A stretch of 28,618 bases of DNA, taken from contig JAUVEE010000001.1 of NCBI GenBank assembly GCA_030594935.1, forward strand, positions 1 to 28,618. The letters are read 5' to 3'. Positions 16,907 through 24,271 of the stretch are shown here, piece by piece. Source of the stretch: a bacterium. GTDB taxonomy: Bacteria > Patescibacteriota > Minisyncoccia > Minisyncoccales > JAGLPU01. Within the stretch, counting starts at the first letter, position 1. Each line of letters opens with the position of its first letter. Position numbers and translations under genes: made by a program. Below the pieces are notes generated by a model. That model had not been told where the DNA came from, made no database searches, and saw only the letters and a program-made list of their open reading frames with translations.

Positions 16907-17677
16907 TTATCTGATATTATCTAAAAACTTCTTGGCTAATTCTGCTGTTTCCACGGTGCCGTTGTAAAATGATTTCCAAACAACGACAATATCAGCATCA
17001 TTAAAGATAGCCCGCTGAACTTCCTGGAAATCATCTCCGCCGGCAACAGCAATCATAATATCGTAATTGCTTTTAATTCTTTGAATCTCGTGAAAAGGAA
17101 TTTCTTTTTCCAAATTATCAGTTTCTTCGTCAACTCCCCGGTGCAAAATCACAACCTCCGGAAGTTTTTTCAGTTTACGCAAAACAGATAAAGGAAATTC
17201 AACATTCATCATATCTATCATTGAATCCAGATTATATGCTTCGCATTTTTGAACAAAAGCATCTAGGGTTTCAATGGGAGCCTGGCCCAAGGCAGTAACA
17301 GCGCTGGCTCCTCCTTGTTTGGCAATTTCCACTTCTCTTGCTCCCCTATCCATGCACTTTAAATCAGCGACAATATAGGGGGCAAAAACCGCTTCCTTAT
17401 TTTTTGCGGCCGAGTCTTTTTTCGCCACCGAAGACATTAAAAATTTAACTAACGGACTATAACTATTGCTCTCTGGCAAAGTGTTATAGCCAAAAACTCT
17501 TTGCTCCCACCATGTCCTTATATTCCTAATCCCCTTGACTCCGTAATTTTTAATCAAGGGAGTGCCGGCTTCAATAATAATCCTTTTATCCAGCGGAAGC
17601 TGGCTAATAATATTCTGCGCCTCTGTCAGGGTGCTGTTTAAAGCGATCTGGAGATAGTGCTGTTTTTTATCTAGCAT
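16907..17677 (-). CDS. 3-hexulose-6-phosphate synthase-like protein (OMP decarboxylase/HUMPS TIM barrel)
   Basis: LQIAL, IEAGTPLIK.YG, IVADLKCMD.G, DMMNV, LHRGVDEE, AVAGG. Confidence 0.8.
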   Translation of the reverse strand: MLDKKQHYLQIALNSTLTEAQNIISQLPLDKRIIIEAGTPLIKNYGVKGIRNIRTWWEQRVFGYNTLPESNSYSPLVKFLMSSVAKKDSAAKNKEAVFAPYIVADLKCMDRGAREVEIAKQGGASAVTALGQAPIETLDAFVQKCEAYNLDSMIDMMNVEFPLSVLRKLKKLPEVVILHRGVDEETDNLEKEIPFHEIQRIKSNYDIMIAVAGGDDFQEVQRAIFNDADIVVVWKSFYNGTVETAELAKKFLDNIR

Positions 17678-17684
17678 ATTTCAA

Positions 17685-17693
17685 AGTATATCA
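17685..17693 (-). promoter_or_regulatory. Extended -10 promoter (TGA-TATACT) 7 nt upstream of the HPS-like ATG
   Basis: The minus strand reads TGATATACT-TTGAAAT-ATG; the TGA is also the stop codon of the upstream protease gene. Confidence 0.6.
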
Positions 17694-18563
17694 AACAATT
17701 AAAGTAATTAAAAATCCGATTAGCGAAAATAAGGCGATAGGAGGCAAAGCAGGAATAGGCTTTCTGTTCTCCTGCTTGATAAATATCCAAAAACTGGCCA
17801 GCAGGCCCAATAAGGCAAAAACAGCCACAATCAAAGAATTAATAATTCCCTGCGGGATTAAGGAAACGCAAAAAATCAGCGGAAAAACAACATCCCCTCC
17901 TCCTAAAATCAGAAATTCTCTTTTAACGGCTTGAGAATCATTTCTCACGTTTTCCAACTGTTTCCCCAGTCCGGAAATCCTCTGGGGAATAATCAAAGCT
18001 AAGACAGCCTTATGCTCTATCATCTCTCTAGCCATCTTCACCATGTGTTTTGTCTTATAAACAGCGATAAAGTCATAAATTGAAAAAACAATTAACAGCA
18101 AAACTACGCTATAAGGGTCGAGGCTTAGTCCTAAAACAGCTCCTGTCCCCGCCAAGCCCAGAATAAGACAGATATTATGGTTTAAAACCAGCGGCTGCTT
18201 ATGCCACCAAAAAACAAGCAGCCCCATTAAAATTAGGGCCAATAAAGGATTGAGCCATAAATTAAGAGTAATTGTTCCGCCCCACCAAACAGCTATGATA
18301 AAAAGACTCTTGTAAATTATTCTCTTTTTCTTTTTTTGTTTGATGATGAAAAGAATAAAAAGAATAAAGGCAACAGCCAAAATGAATTGAAAGATAAACT
18401 GCCAAAAAGAAAACTGAGGCAAGGAAATAATTTTGTTTGCGGCAAAATCATTTATTTTTAAGCCGGCGACTAGGCCCAATCCCAGAGTAAAAGAAAACAA
18501 GAGAACCTCTCCCAAAAGGATTCTCCAGGGAACTATTTTTTGGGTTGTGGCGCTTTTTTGCAT
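17691..18563 (-). CDS. Presenilin/SPP-type GxGD intramembrane aspartyl protease
   Basis: All three family motifs in order: YD (SIYDFIAV), GxGD (LGGGD), PAL (PIPALPPI); about 9 TM segments. Confidence 0.9.
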   Translation of the reverse strand: MQKSATTQKIVPWRILLGEVLLFSFTLGLGLVAGLKINDFAANKIISLPQFSFWQFIFQFILAVAFILFILFIIKQKKKKRIIYKSLFIIAVWWGGTITLNLWLNPLLALILMGLLVFWWHKQPLVLNHNICLILGLAGTGAVLGLSLDPYSVVLLLIVFSIYDFIAVYKTKHMVKMAREMIEHKAVLALIIPQRISGLGKQLENVRNDSQAVKREFLILGGGDVVFPLIFCVSLIPQGIINSLIVAVFALLGLLASFWIFIKQENRKPIPALPPIALFSLIGFLITLIV

Positions 18564-18570
18564 TTTTTAG

Positions 18571-18603
18571 AAATAAAACAGCTGGGAGTCCTATACGCCA
18601 GCT
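18571..18603 (-). terminator. Possible weak hairpin terminator upstream of the protease gene
   Basis: Minus strand: AGCTGG-12 nt-CCAGCT followed by GTTTTATTT. Confidence 0.35.
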
Positions 18604-18712
18604 TTCCTTTTTTAGCTTGTTTTGATGAATAATTTTTAGCCATTCTTTTTGAGTAGCTCAATTATTCTCTTCTCCTTTTAAATCACCTGCACATTCGAAC
18701 TTCTTTCCGGCT

Positions 18713-20092
18713 CTAGGATTCTTTTGTCTTTTCATTTTTTCTAGAAGCTTTTATCAAGGGAAAAGAAATAGTAAATTTAGAACCGGCTCCTTCCATGCTT
18801 TCAACGAATATCTCTCCTTTCATTTTCTCGCAAAGCTGTTTTGTAACCCAAAGCCCAAGCCCTGTACCCGGAACATCAGCGGTCTCTTTGGTTTTGACGC
18901 GATAAAATTTCTCAAATAATCGTTTCTGCGCTTCAGCTGAAATGCCCAGCCCGGTATCGCTGACAGAGATAATATACTTGCCTTTTTTCTTGTTTGCTTC
19001 CGCTGTTATTTCTATTTTCCCCTCAGAAGTGTATTTAATGGAATTAACAATTAAATTGACAATAATCTGTTTAAACCTGTTCAAATTAACATTGATTAAA
19101 TAAGGCTCTTCTTTTTCTTTAAAAAACAATTTCAGGTTTTTTTGTTCCGCCTTGATCTTTAGTTCTGCCACTGTTTCTTTTATCACCTTAACAGGAGAAA
19201 GCTTTTGGGGAGCAAAATCCAGCCTCCCCTGCTCAATCCGGGAAACTTCTAAAATATCGCTTATTAAAATGCTTAAATTTTTGGCTGAAATTTTAATTCT
19301 GTTCAAGTATTCTTTTTGCTTTTTATTCAATGATTCCTGAACTTCTTCCTCTAAAACTTCTACATACGCTCGAACATTCGTAATGGGACTTTGCAATTCA
19401 TGAGTAGCCATCCTGATAAAACTGTCTTTCATTTTATCCACCTCCTGCAGCTTCTTGCTTAAAGCGACATAACCGAAAAGACGAGTGTGTTGAATTATTA
19501 AAAACAAGCTTAAAACAATAACTGCCAGCACTATTAAATAAGAACGGTAAATAGAACTGGCAATTAATTCATCTGCTTGCTTTAAAGACAAAGACAGAGA
19601 GATCAAGCCAATTTTCTCTTCGGTTTCATTATCATATATCGGCTTAATAACCTTCCAAAACCTTTCTTCTTCGTCGCCAACCAAATTGGCCATTGTCTGG
19701 TCTTGCGACCAGCTCAAAGCAAGGGAGGGATTAGAAATAACCCCTTCTATTTCCTGAACATTTTGAGAAGCGATAATCTTAAAATCCCCTCCTTTCTCTT
19801 CAGTCATTATCCTAAGATTTTCAATCTCTGGATTTAATTTAGTGATTTCTTCCACTTTTTGCTGCAGGGCTTCCGTATCAGAGAAAAAATCAACGGCGAA
19901 TACGCTGAAAATGTCTTCAGCCATCAAAGCTTTTGTCTGAAGGCTGGAATCAATATTCTTTTGAAAAGATTTAACAGTAAAAGCCGTATTATAGTAAAGA
20001 GCCAAAGGAATAAAGATAATCAGAAAGAAAGAATACAAAATCCCCGGATAGTTTCTAAAAAAATTTAAAATTCTGCTAAAAAATCTATTCAT
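18713..20092 (-). CDS. Sensor histidine kinase (2 TM, extracytoplasmic sensor, HisKA, HATPase_c)
   Basis: H-box ATHELQSP, N-box NLIVNSIKYT, G1 DTGLGI, F-box LFEKFYR, G2 GTGLGL. Confidence 0.93.
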   Translation of the reverse strand: MNRFFSRILNFFRNYPGILYSFFLIIFIPLALYYNTAFTVKSFQKNIDSSLQTKALMAEDIFSVFAVDFFSDTEALQQKVEEITKLNPEIENLRIMTEEKGGDFKIIASQNVQEIEGVISNPSLALSWSQDQTMANLVGDEEERFWKVIKPIYDNETEEKIGLISLSLSLKQADELIASSIYRSYLIVLAVIVLSLFLIIQHTRLFGYVALSKKLQEVDKMKDSFIRMATHELQSPITNVRAYVEVLEEEVQESLNKKQKEYLNRIKISAKNLSILISDILEVSRIEQGRLDFAPQKLSPVKVIKETVAELKIKAEQKNLKLFFKEKEEPYLINVNLNRFKQIIVNLIVNSIKYTSEGKIEITAEANKKKGKYIISVSDTGLGISAEAQKRLFEKFYRVKTKETADVPGTGLGLWVTKQLCEKMKGEIFVESMEGAGSKFTISFPLIKASRKNEKTKES

Positions 20093-20093
20093 G

Positions 20094-22013
20094 TCATCTA
20101 AGCTTTTTGGACTTCCTTGTTAATATTCCAATAGAAATCAAGGCTAAACTAATGCTTAAAAAAATAATAATAGTCATTGAAACAATAAATTTTTTCTGCA
20201 ATGCTTGAGCCGGAGAAACAGCGGCGGCCTGCAAAGAATCAAAAACCCTGAATACTTTTTCTCCGCTTTTCATAAAAACAAATGTTTCTGACCTGGCTTC
20301 TATCATTCCATTGTTGTCAGTAACGGTGGCGTAAACCGTATGCTGGCCATCAGTTAAAGGTTTGTCTAGAACGTATTCCCAATAACCGGCGCCGTCTGTT
20401 TTCACCACTACTATTGTGGGCAGAGAGTACACGTATAGGGTAACAAAGCTGTTGGGCAAGCCTTTTCCTTGTATTTTCAGGCCGCTCCCACTTTCAGGAA
20501 GGATTACAGCTTCAATTCTTTCCACTTTATAAATTTCGGCCTTGATTGGTCTAACTTCTCGCGGATCTTTATAGGATATTTTATCAGTTCCGGAAGGCTT
20601 TAAAGGGCTAAAGCCCAGCATCACTTCTGTTCCGTCCAAAAAACCGTCCCCGTCGCTGTCAGGATTGAAAGGATCCGTTCCCAATCTGATTTCCTCTAAA
20701 TCTGAAATACCATCGTTGTCCGAATCCTTAAGGAATTCTTGCTGCGCTTCAATTTTAATTCTCTCTTTTTCTAAAATTAAATTTTCTAATTCTTGAAGTT
20801 TTCTTTCGGTTAATTGAATTGTTTCTGTTTTAACTTCTTCAATTTGAGATTTAATTTCAAGGCTGGACAAATCCTCTATTATTCCCATTGGTTTTTCAAC
20901 TGTTTCTACAATTTTTGTCTTTAGCTCTTCTTTTTCCACACTTATCGCTTGAAGCCTGTCTTGATAAGATTTTAAAATCGCGCTGATTTTTTCTTTTTCT
21001 GTCCGGTAATCGGCCAATCTTTGTTCTTTTTCTTCTCTAAGAAAATCAATGGTAGCTGGAGAAAGACTCTCTAATTCTTCCAATACTATTCTAATTTTTA
21101 TTTCTATTTCCGCCAACATCTTTCTTAACTGTTCTATCGCTTCCCGCAAACCCGCTTCCATCTGAATTTTATCTGCGACTATTTCTATTGTCTCATCTAT
21201 TTCTGTTATGGAACTTTTTGCCTCTTCTTCTATTCTAATCACGATATCGCCCGTTTGGATGTCTTTTGTTATTATTTTAATCTCTTCAATCAGCGCATCT
21301 GCTTCTATTTGTATTTCTTCTTTAACTTCTGTAACTTCCTGGTATATGTTTTCAACCGTTTCCTCAATCAGTTTTTCGCTTATTTCTATTCCCTCTATCA
21401 ATTCTTCTTCCTTTAAAATATCTCTAACGACTATATTCTCAACTTGAATATCAATTTCTCTCCCGAAATACTGGCCATATTCGCCGACAACTTCAAAACA
21501 AAGCTTATAATCACCGTTGGGGAAATTACTGGCGTCCCATAAGTAATGCCAAATATTGGGTTCAATAAGATATCCCTGACCCAAATATATCGACGAAAAA
21601 GACTCCGGTCGAAGGATAAACAATTTAACCGCCTTTGCTTTTTCGGCATTAATTCTTATTCCTAATTTTCCATTCACGATCGTTCCCGATTTAGGATAAA
21701 GAAACTCTGTCTCAGATATAATCCTAGGCATATCAACTGGTTCCGAGGCGCTAACAGCTTCTGTCTCCGGATAAGGGTCTATATATTTTGTTGGATCATA
21801 TTCTACTGCTTTGGTTTCTATGATCACTGTTTCCGTATCGGTAGCAACTTCTGTTTCCAGATAAATATATTCTCCTGTTCCATCCATTTCCATAGTTGTC
21901 GTGTTATTTTCCATACTCTCATCATGAATAAAGTATTCAGATGATTGAGCAAACACAAAAGAATAAATCAGCAAGCTGGCAACAATTAAAATTATTGTTT
22001 TAATATGATTCAT
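20094..22013 (-). CDS. Large membrane-anchored surface protein: signal peptide, Ig-like domain, long acidic coiled coil, DxDxDG Ca-binding repeats, second Ig-like domain, C-terminal TM
   Basis: Signal MNHIK...SFVFA; WDASNFPNGDY; Glu/Ile-rich helical segment; DSDNDGISDLEE and DSDGDGFLDGTE; GKGLPNS..TDGAGYW..L.DGQHTVYA; TM followed by TRKSKKLR. Confidence 0.8.
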   Translation of the reverse strand: MNHIKTIILIVASLLIYSFVFAQSSEYFIHDESMENNTTTMEMDGTGEYIYLETEVATDTETVIIETKAVEYDPTKYIDPYPETEAVSASEPVDMPRIISETEFLYPKSGTIVNGKLGIRINAEKAKAVKLFILRPESFSSIYLGQGYLIEPNIWHYLWDASNFPNGDYKLCFEVVGEYGQYFGREIDIQVENIVVRDILKEEELIEGIEISEKLIEETVENIYQEVTEVKEEIQIEADALIEEIKIITKDIQTGDIVIRIEEEAKSSITEIDETIEIVADKIQMEAGLREAIEQLRKMLAEIEIKIRIVLEELESLSPATIDFLREEKEQRLADYRTEKEKISAILKSYQDRLQAISVEKEELKTKIVETVEKPMGIIEDLSSLEIKSQIEEVKTETIQLTERKLQELENLILEKERIKIEAQQEFLKDSDNDGISDLEEIRLGTDPFNPDSDGDGFLDGTEVMLGFSPLKPSGTDKISYKDPREVRPIKAEIYKVERIEAVILPESGSGLKIQGKGLPNSFVTLYVYSLPTIVVVKTDGAGYWEYVLDKPLTDGQHTVYATVTDNNGMIEARSETFVFMKSGEKVFRVFDSLQAAAVSPAQALQKKFIVSMTIIIFLSISLALISIGILTRKSKKLR

Positions 22014-22074
22014 AATAAATATTTTAATTACATTTTTTATTATAATACAATATGCAAAAAAATAAAACGCAAAT

Positions 22075-22097
22075 AAAAAAAGGCCGTAAAACGGCCT
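22075..22097 (-). terminator. Intrinsic terminator after the 124-aa gene
   Basis: Minus strand: AGGCCGT-TTT-ACGGCCT-TTTTTT. Confidence 0.75.
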
Positions 22098-22110
22098 GTA
22101 CTACTGTCTA

Positions 22111-22485
22111 TTATATGTGCAAGAAAGGTATTTCTTCGGGGAAAACAAAGCTTGTTTCTTTTTTATCGGTGTTTTCGTTTTTTCTTAATTCTTCCAACGT
22201 TTCTTCATTGAAGACAATCAGGAAGTCTTCTCCAATATTTATTGTTTTGCCTGTTCCTTCAATGTTTATCTTGTATCTGGATTTATGACTGCGGTTCACG
22301 ACAATCCTTTCTATCACTTCCCCTGCGTCAACGCTGTTTTCTTTGTTTACGATTACCCTGTCTCCCACCTGAAACTCAAAATCAGGTGGTCCTTTCTTTT
22401 CGCACTTGTCTGCGTCTTCTTTGTCTGGATATGCCTGACCACAAATTTCGCAGACATACTCATGTTTTGTTATTTTTTCTACCAA
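22111..22485 (-). CDS. Small protein with an N-terminal CxxC zinc-finger-like motif and a KOW/SH3-like barrel (TTG start)
   Basis: YVCEICGQAYPDKEDADKCE; FQVGDRVIV...GEVIE..YKI; SD AGGAGG at 22494-22499, 8 nt before the TTG. Confidence 0.75.
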   Translation of the reverse strand: MVEKITKHEYVCEICGQAYPDKEDADKCEKKGPPDFEFQVGDRVIVNKENSVDAGEVIERIVVNRSHKSRYKINIEGTGKTINIGEDFLIVFNEETLEELRKNENTDKKETSFVFPEEIPFLHI

Positions 22486-22513
22486 TTTTATCGCCTCCTA
22501 AAGAACTGCTGAA

Positions 22514-22542
22514 AGCTTAACAAGAATTCATTAAGGTGTCAA
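22514..22542 (-). promoter_or_regulatory. Strong sigma70-type promoter for the 124-aa gene, overlapping the murE 3' end
   Basis: Minus strand: TTGACA (22537-22542), 17-nt spacer, TGT-TAAGCT (22514-22519). Confidence 0.7.
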
Positions 22543-23781
22543 AGATCTTCTGACTATCTCTCTATCATCCCAAGGAATCTTCTTTCCGTTGGCCACGCAC
22601 ATCCATGGTTCGCATCCTTTACCGGTGATGATCACCACGTCCTTGGCTTGAGCCAAGCTTATTGCTTTTTTGATCGCCTCTTCTCTGTCTAGAATTTCAT
22701 ATAAGTCACAATTATTATCAATCCCCGCTTTTACTTCCGCTAAAATCTGATCAGGGTTCTCGTCATAAGGGTCTTCATTGGCTAAAATAATCTTATCGCA
22801 ATAATTGGCCGCTATCTTTCCCATTTCCGGTCTTTTCCATTTATCTCTTCCTCCGCCGGCAGAACCCAAAAGGCAAATTAGGCGGCCATCGCTAAAACTC
22901 TTAATAGACTTGTATGCTTTTTCCAGGCTGTCTGGAGTATGGGCATAATCAACAATAACTGCCGGCTCTTGAGCCACTACTTCCATTCTGCCGGGAACAC
23001 CAGCTGCCTTTTCTAAAGCTCGCCGGCAAATTTCCAGGCTAACTCCTTGGGATAAACCGATGCAAATTGTTGTCAAAGCGTTATAGACATTAAAGCTGGC
23101 CAAGAGTTTCATTTTAAAAAAAACATTATTGGCTTTAAAGCTTATTCCCGTGGGGAAAAGCTTAGCATCGGTTGCCCTGACAAATTCCAAGTCTTTCTTT
23201 GATGTTTCTTTTAATCCATAGCCATATTTTTTATCAGCCGGAAAACTAAGAAAATATTCCGCATTGTCATCATCCGTGTTTATAATATGAATCCTTTTGG
23301 TGCCGGCAAATAATTTCCCTTTGGCTTGCCGATATTTCCCAAAACCGCCGTGAGATTCAATATGCTCTCTGGTCAAATTGGTAAAAACCGCTGTGTCTAA
23401 ATCAATAAACCTATGGCGATGTTGCTTAATCCCCTCCGAGGTTACCTCTAAAACCAGATATTTGCAGCCGGCGTCAACCGCCTGTCTGATAAACTTTTGC
23501 AGTTTAAAACGGCCCGGCATGGTCATTTTTAAAGTGTTGGGCCATTCTTTTTCGCCAATCTTAAATCTGATAGAAGAAACGGAAGCAACTTTAAATCCCG
23601 CCTTCGTTAAAATTTCGCTGGCTAAATGCGTGACTGTTGATTTGCCGTTAGTTCCGGTAATCCCGATGACGATTATTTTCTTGGCCGGAAAGCGATAGAA
23701 AAGAGCTCCCAATAATGATAAAAGGAAATGGTACCAACCAAGCAAAAAACCAGGAATGAATTTTCTTAATAATCCTAACAT
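22531..23781 (-). CDS. murE: MurE-like UDP-N-acetylmuramyl-tripeptide synthetase
   Basis: GITGTNGKST, LEVTSEG, FTNLT.EH, GRME, VDYAHTPD, GGGRD..KRP.MG, ITGKG.E. The start was set at the 23781 ATG (MLGLL); the 23811 start abuts a terminator. Confidence 0.85.
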   Translation of the reverse strand: MLGLLRKFIPGFLLGWYHFLLSLLGALFYRFPAKKIIVIGITGTNGKSTVTHLASEILTKAGFKVASVSSIRFKIGEKEWPNTLKMTMPGRFKLQKFIRQAVDAGCKYLVLEVTSEGIKQHRHRFIDLDTAVFTNLTREHIESHGGFGKYRQAKGKLFAGTKRIHIINTDDDNAEYFLSFPADKKYGYGLKETSKKDLEFVRATDAKLFPTGISFKANNVFFKMKLLASFNVYNALTTICIGLSQGVSLEICRRALEKAAGVPGRMEVVAQEPAVIVDYAHTPDSLEKAYKSIKSFSDGRLICLLGSAGGGRDKWKRPEMGKIAANYCDKIILANEDPYDENPDQILAEVKAGIDNNCDLYEILDREEAIKKAISLAQAKDVVIITGKGCEPWMCVANGKKIPWDDREIVRRSLTP

Positions 23782-23813
23782 TGTATTTTCATAATATCCT
23801 ATAACGCGCAAAT

Positions 23814-23835
23814 AAAAAAGAGGTTCTGCCTCTTT
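23814..23835 (-). terminator. Intrinsic terminator after the response regulator
   Basis: Minus strand: AAAGAGG-CAGAA-CCTCTTT running into TTTTTT. Confidence 0.6.
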
Positions 23836-23855
23836 GTAAAAATTTCTTGCTTACT

Positions 23856-24218
23856 TTATAAATATTCTTCAATTTTTTTCACTAATTCAGCCGGGGTGAT
23901 GTTGGTTTTAATTAAATAAGCTTTGGCTCCGAATTCTTTCGCTTGTTTTTTTAAATCAGCGTCATCGTAATTAGAGAAAATAACGACCGGGATAGAAGAA
24001 ATTTCAGGATTGCTTTTCTGCTCTCTCAGAAAGAAAAGCCCATCTTCTTTGGGCAGTAAAATATCAAGCACCACTAAATCTATTTTTTCCTTTTTAATAA
24101 GCTCAATGCCTTCTTCGGCGCTAAAGGCTGAAACCACTTCAAACCCAGATTGGGCCAGTTTTTCTTTATACATATCCGTTAAAATTTTTTCATCTTCCAC
24201 CAATAAGATCTTTTTCAT
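23856..24218 (-). CDS. Stand-alone receiver-domain response regulator (CheY-like)
   Basis: LLVEDE, phosphoacceptor VLDILLP, FSN, AYLIK; no output domain. Confidence 0.93.
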   Translation of the reverse strand: MKKILLVEDEKILTDMYKEKLAQSGFEVVSAFSAEEGIELIKKEKIDLVVLDILLPKEDGLFFLREQKSNPEISSIPVVIFSNYDDADLKKQAKEFGAKAYLIKTNITPAELVKKIEEYL

Positions 24219-24271
24219 AATTAATCTTTCCTTTTATTTATTTTATTATAAATAAAAAAAATAGCAAGATT

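Noticed and set aside
18564-18712. Largest intergenic gap (149 bp): possible small ORF, pseudogene or riboswitch
   Set aside because: The short frames (MKRQKNPRAG..., MAKNYSSKQ..., ...KRIIELLKKNG) match nothing I can support, and there is no recognisable riboswitch core; only a weak hairpin was retained.
20580-20730. DxDxDG repeats as a CRISPR-like or tandem DNA repeat
   Set aside because: There are only two degenerate copies, and they are protein-level calcium-binding motifs.
23817-23842. AGAGGTTCT...CCTCT resembling a preQ1-I riboswitch
   Set aside because: The loop is too short, it faces a direction with no downstream gene, and it is better explained as a minus-strand terminator.
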